Source: Planctomycetota bacterium (GTDB lineage: Bacteria; Planctomycetota; UBA8108; UBA1146). Taken from it: a DNA stretch of 64,000 nt. Below are positions 61,384 to 64,000 of this stretch, one piece after another. Position 1 is the stretch's first letter. Every line of letters starts with the position of its first letter. The notes under the pieces are model-generated. The model had not been told where the DNA came from, ran no database searches, and saw only the letters and a program-made list of their open reading frames with translations. The position numbers and the translations under genes are program-made. The DNA lies in the NCBI GenBank assembly GCA_036125855.1, contig JAYZTT010000016.1, positions 112,122 through 176,121 of the forward strand. Direction: 5' to 3'.

Positions 61384-62382
61384 ATGGTGAAATCCAGCTG
61401 GTGGCTACCGGTTCTATTTTTGACATTGGTTTCCTGCCAGTCGGGGCCATTGCAGCGCGACTCGTTCACCTGGGAAAAGGGTGAGGAGTTACTTCAAGGC
61501 GGCATTTTCAGGACCATCAAGAACCCTCCGGAATACATTGTTCTGGAGGGTTATCCGTCAGAATTTCGAGATGCGATCGCTGCCGGAATCGATGTCGCCC
61601 GGGATTTCTTTGGCAATCATGGTCCCGTACGAGTCTACATTCTCGGGCAGACCGACGGTGAGGTGGGAACCGCTTCCGCACGGCAGCAATTTGTCGACGA
61701 ATACTGTCGTTTACGATTAGAAGATGCTCGCAGTGGCTATCAAGATGATTGTCTGGATGGTCCCGGAAAACGGCTGATCGATGTAGCAATGGCTGGTGAT
61801 CAGGAAGCGTATCTATCCATCGTGGTATTCACGAAAACCCCCTACGCTGAACTGACGTTCATCAACGCAGACGATTGGGGGACATCTGATTTGCCGGTCA
61901 GGGGCATTCATGAATACACCCATGTATTTCAGCATGTCTATCCAGAAGTGCCCGGTTGGTTGATGGAGGGTGGGGCGGTTTTTTTTGAGGCCTGGCTCGG
62001 CGGAGAAAATGGCTGGGTTGATTTTCCTCGGGCGATGAAACGGTCGATGGAGAGTGCGCAACAGGGTCGCGCCAAGGGGCGAGGCCTGGCAGACATGGAA
62101 TACGTGCGAGACCTTCCAGAAGAGATGGAGCCGTATCACAGAAGCATCGCTTACGACATGGGTGCCTGGGCGGTGACATATCTCATCAGTCGATCTGAAA
62201 GCAGGAGCATCGAACGATTCAGGGATGAGTTTTTTCCGTTGCTTCGCCAGGAGAGCTGGCAACAGGCCGTGTCTGGATACACCGGCACCGAGGACATCGC
62301 CGAGTTTTATGCTCACTTCGAGGAGTTTCTTGGCCAACCCCTGGAAGATCAGATGAAGTTACTGGAAAAGATCAAGAGTTGA
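61384..62382 (+). CDS. Putative HExxH zinc-metallopeptidase-like lipoprotein
   Basis: Lipobox WWLPVLFLTLVSC. An HExxH motif in GIHEYTHVFQH is followed by a downstream Glu-containing segment, LMEGGAVFFEAW. Confidence 0.55.
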   Translation: MVKSSWWLPVLFLTLVSCQSGPLQRDSFTWEKGEELLQGGIFRTIKNPPEYIVLEGYPSEFRDAIAAGIDVARDFFGNHGPVRVYILGQTDGEVGTASARQQFVDEYCRLRLEDARSGYQDDCLDGPGKRLIDVAMAGDQEAYLSIVVFTKTPYAELTFINADDWGTSDLPVRGIHEYTHVFQHVYPEVPGWLMEGGAVFFEAWLGGENGWVDFPRAMKRSMESAQQGRAKGRGLADMEYVRDLPEEMEPYHRSIAYDMGAWAVTYLISRSESRSIERFRDEFFPLLRQESWQQAVSGYTGTEDIAEFYAHFEEFLGQPLEDQMKLLEKIKS

Positions 62383-64000
62383 AATTCTGTCGGCTTATCT
62401 TTTTCTGTGGCTGGTTTACGTTGTGGGTCATCGGTTGCAGCGACAACCAGAGCAAGTCCTCACCTGCGCTACCCCCGTCGCATTTTGTCGAGGTCGAGCA
62501 GTTGATGGGTATCTCCTGTGACGAGGTATTGCCGGTACTCGGTGATCGATTCATGCCTGAAAGCATGGCGGGTGGCTGTGTTCTGTTTGATTGCGATAAC
62601 GATGGCGATCTCGATCTGTATCGACTGGGATTCGCACGGACGGCAGATCGAGTACGAGAATGTGACGAGGGCGCAAACCGGCTCTATCGCCAGGATGCCC
62701 CCTGGCAGTTCACGGATATCACGGAGCAGTCAAATCTCGGTGATCGCGGATATGCGATGGGGGCCGCTTGCGGCGATATCGACAACGACGGTGATCTCGA
62801 TCTCTACATCGGCAACCTGGGTGCTGACCGGCTGTATCGAAACGATGGAGAGGGGCTGTTCGTAGATGTGACGACGGCAGCGGGAATCGACGTTGCCGGA
62901 TGGAGCAGTTCGGTTCTGATGGTCGACGTGGATCGCGATGGTTTTCTCGATATTTACGTGACTCGCTATCTGGATTACGACGAGAAGATCACCGGTGCCG
63001 ATGCGGCGGGCCGCCCTGAGTATCCGCCGCCAGGTCAGTTCAGGGGTCTCGATGATCGCCTGCTACGAAATGACGGAGATGGAACTTTCACCGACATCAC
63101 CGAAACCTCCGGTATCGTCGATCATCCGGGTCGTGGTCTGGGCGTTATCGCCGGAGACTTTGACGCCGATGGAAATACCGACCTCTATGTCGCCAACGAT
63201 GGAGATGCCAATTTCGCCTGGCTGGGTGATGGAGACGGGACCTTCAAGGAATCTGCTCTGACGATGGGGCTTGCGGTCAACATCTTCGGCCAACCGGAGG
63301 CGAGCATGGGGCTGGCCTGTGGTGATCTCGATGGAGATGGGCTCGATGATATCGTGGTCACCCATCTGGTTCACGAGACCGACACCATCTACCGTTGCGA
63401 TCGGCCGGGACAGTTTTCCGATGTCACGACATCCTCTGGATTGGCTGTCCCAACCATTGATTTCACCGGCTTCGGAATCGCCTTGCTGGATGCGGACCAG
63501 GATGGGGATCTCGATCTGGTCACGGTACATGGACGTGTATTGCGCAGTCCGGTACAGGCCAGTGCCATCGAGAACGATTACTGGAGTCCGTATGCCGAAG
63601 AAGACCATCTCTACATCAATGATGGAGCCGGGAATTTCCAACAACAGGTAGGTGGGATTTCGCTCGGTTCGGGAGGGGTTGAGGTGAGCAGGGGGCTGGC
63701 GGTCGGCGATCTGGACCACGACGGCGATCAGGATCTTGTCGTTGCGAATGCCGATGGAACGATTCGATTGCTGGAGAACCGGAAGGCTTCCGGTTCCTGG
63801 TTGTCGATCAAGGCGGTCGACTCAACGCTGAATCGGTGTGCTGTGGGAGCGCTGGTGCAGCTCGAGGCCGCCGGAAAGAAACAGCACCGTCGAGTGGCAG
63901 CGGGAGGAAGCTACCTGTCCAGCCAGGGACAATGGGTTCACTTTGGCCTGGGAGATGTAAAATCAATCGAGCAGTTGCGAGTGATCTGGCCCGATGGAGC
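62379..64000 (+). CDS. FG-GAP/VCBS-repeat, ASPIC/UnbV (CRTAC1-family) lipoprotein; C-terminus beyond the window edge
   Basis: Not in the ORF track because it is edge-truncated. Manual translation in the frame starting at TTG 62379 gives MKFCRLIFFCGWFTLWVIGCSDNQ... The FG-GAP-type repeats are CDNDGDLDLY, GDIDNDGDLDLYIGN, VDVDRDGFLDIYV, GDFDADGNTDLYVAND, GDLDGDGLDDIVV and GDLDHDGDQDLVVAN. These are followed by the UnbV-like segment GGSYLSSQ, and the frame is open to position 64000. Confidence 0.8.
   Translation, partial: MKFCRLIFFCGWFTLWVIGCSDNQSKSSPALPPSHFVEVEQLMGISCDEVLPVLGDRFMPESMAGGCVLFDCDNDGDLDLYRLGFARTADRVRECDEGANRLYRQDAPWQFTDITEQSNLGDRGYAMGAACGDIDNDGDLDLYIGNLGADRLYRNDGEGLFVDVTTAAGIDVAGWSSSVLMVDVDRDGFLDIYVTRYLDYDEKITGADAAGRPEYPPPGQFRGLDDRLLRNDGDGTFTDITETSGIVDHPGRGLGVIAGDFDADGNTDLYVANDGDANFAWLGDGDGTFKESALTMGLAVNIFGQPEASMGLACGDLDGDGLDDIVVTHLVHETDTIYRCDRPGQFSDVTTSSGLAVPTIDFTGFGIALLDADQDGDLDLVTVHGRVLRSPVQASAIENDYWSPYAEEDHLYINDGAGNFQQQVGGISLGSGGVEVSRGLAVGDLDHDGDQDLVVANADGTIRLLENRKASGSWLSIKAVDSTLNRCAVGALVQLEAAGKKQHRRVAAGGSYLSSQGQWVHFGLGDVKSIEQLRVIWPDG

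Noticed and set aside
61129-62382. Possible TGA read-through (Sec) joining ORF 61129..61347 to ORF 61384..62382, which are in the same frame.
   Set aside because: The downstream ORF has its own start, signal peptide and lipobox. The TGA is not in any redox motif. No CGTGA-loop hairpin follows it at the expected spacing.
62518-63719. Track ORFs 62518..62865(+), 62995..63261(+), 63271..63651(+) and 63063..63719(-).
   Set aside because: All are off-frame or antisense relative to a single continuous frame (codon starts divisible by 3). That frame encodes repeated FG-GAP motifs and stays open to the window end.

Overview
This is a 64-kb, moderately high-GC bacterial chromosome segment around the replication-initiation neighbourhood. 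It is densely packed with housekeeping genes. On the minus strand lie dnaA, an aldo/keto reductase, dnaN, a DUF721/DciA-like gene, gyrB, panB, panE and gyrA, followed by an XPB-helicase operon. On the plus strand, after tRNA-Ser(GCU) and tRNA-Gly(GCC), lie tig-clpP-clpX, rpmE2, prfA-prmC, murA, ffh and rpsP-trmD-rplS. The left end (1-11 kb) carries envelope and metabolic genes: lspA, a GT87-like glycosyltransferase, a hydantoinase-family protein, a SPOR lipoprotein, a TolB-like protein, yjbQ and an MscS-family channel. The right end (45-64 kb) looks more accessory. It holds a dockerin-tailed esterase, proline dehydrogenase, a NUDIX hydrolase, a Tat-exported multicopper oxidase, a Ser/Thr kinase, a Tat FAD-oxidoreductase, several lipoproteins and an edge-truncated FG-GAP/ASPIC protein. 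I found no rRNA, CRISPR array, transposase, integrase or prophage genes. The strongest observation is two in-frame TGA codons that sit exactly on redox-active Cys positions. One is in a Bcp-type peroxiredoxin (TPG-U-xxxx-C) and one is in an SCO1/SenC-like lipoprotein (C-xxx-U) just downstream of the multicopper oxidase. Each TGA is followed at the same spacing by a hairpin with an identical CGUGA loop, so these are probably selenoproteins with a shared SECIS-like element. Other points of interest are: candidate oriC elements flanking a gene inserted between dnaA and dnaN; an L31 type B protein with a long tail built from 45-bp repeats; an XPB / helicase-associated / unknown three-gene coupled operon; a STAS-receiver-like-kinase fusion; and recurrent ATGA/TTGA/GTGA start-stop overlaps, including a forced TTG start for gyrB. 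Gene content suggests a Planctomycetota/PVC-like lineage, but that is inference only. All calls come from reading the sequence and ORF translations; no database search was run.
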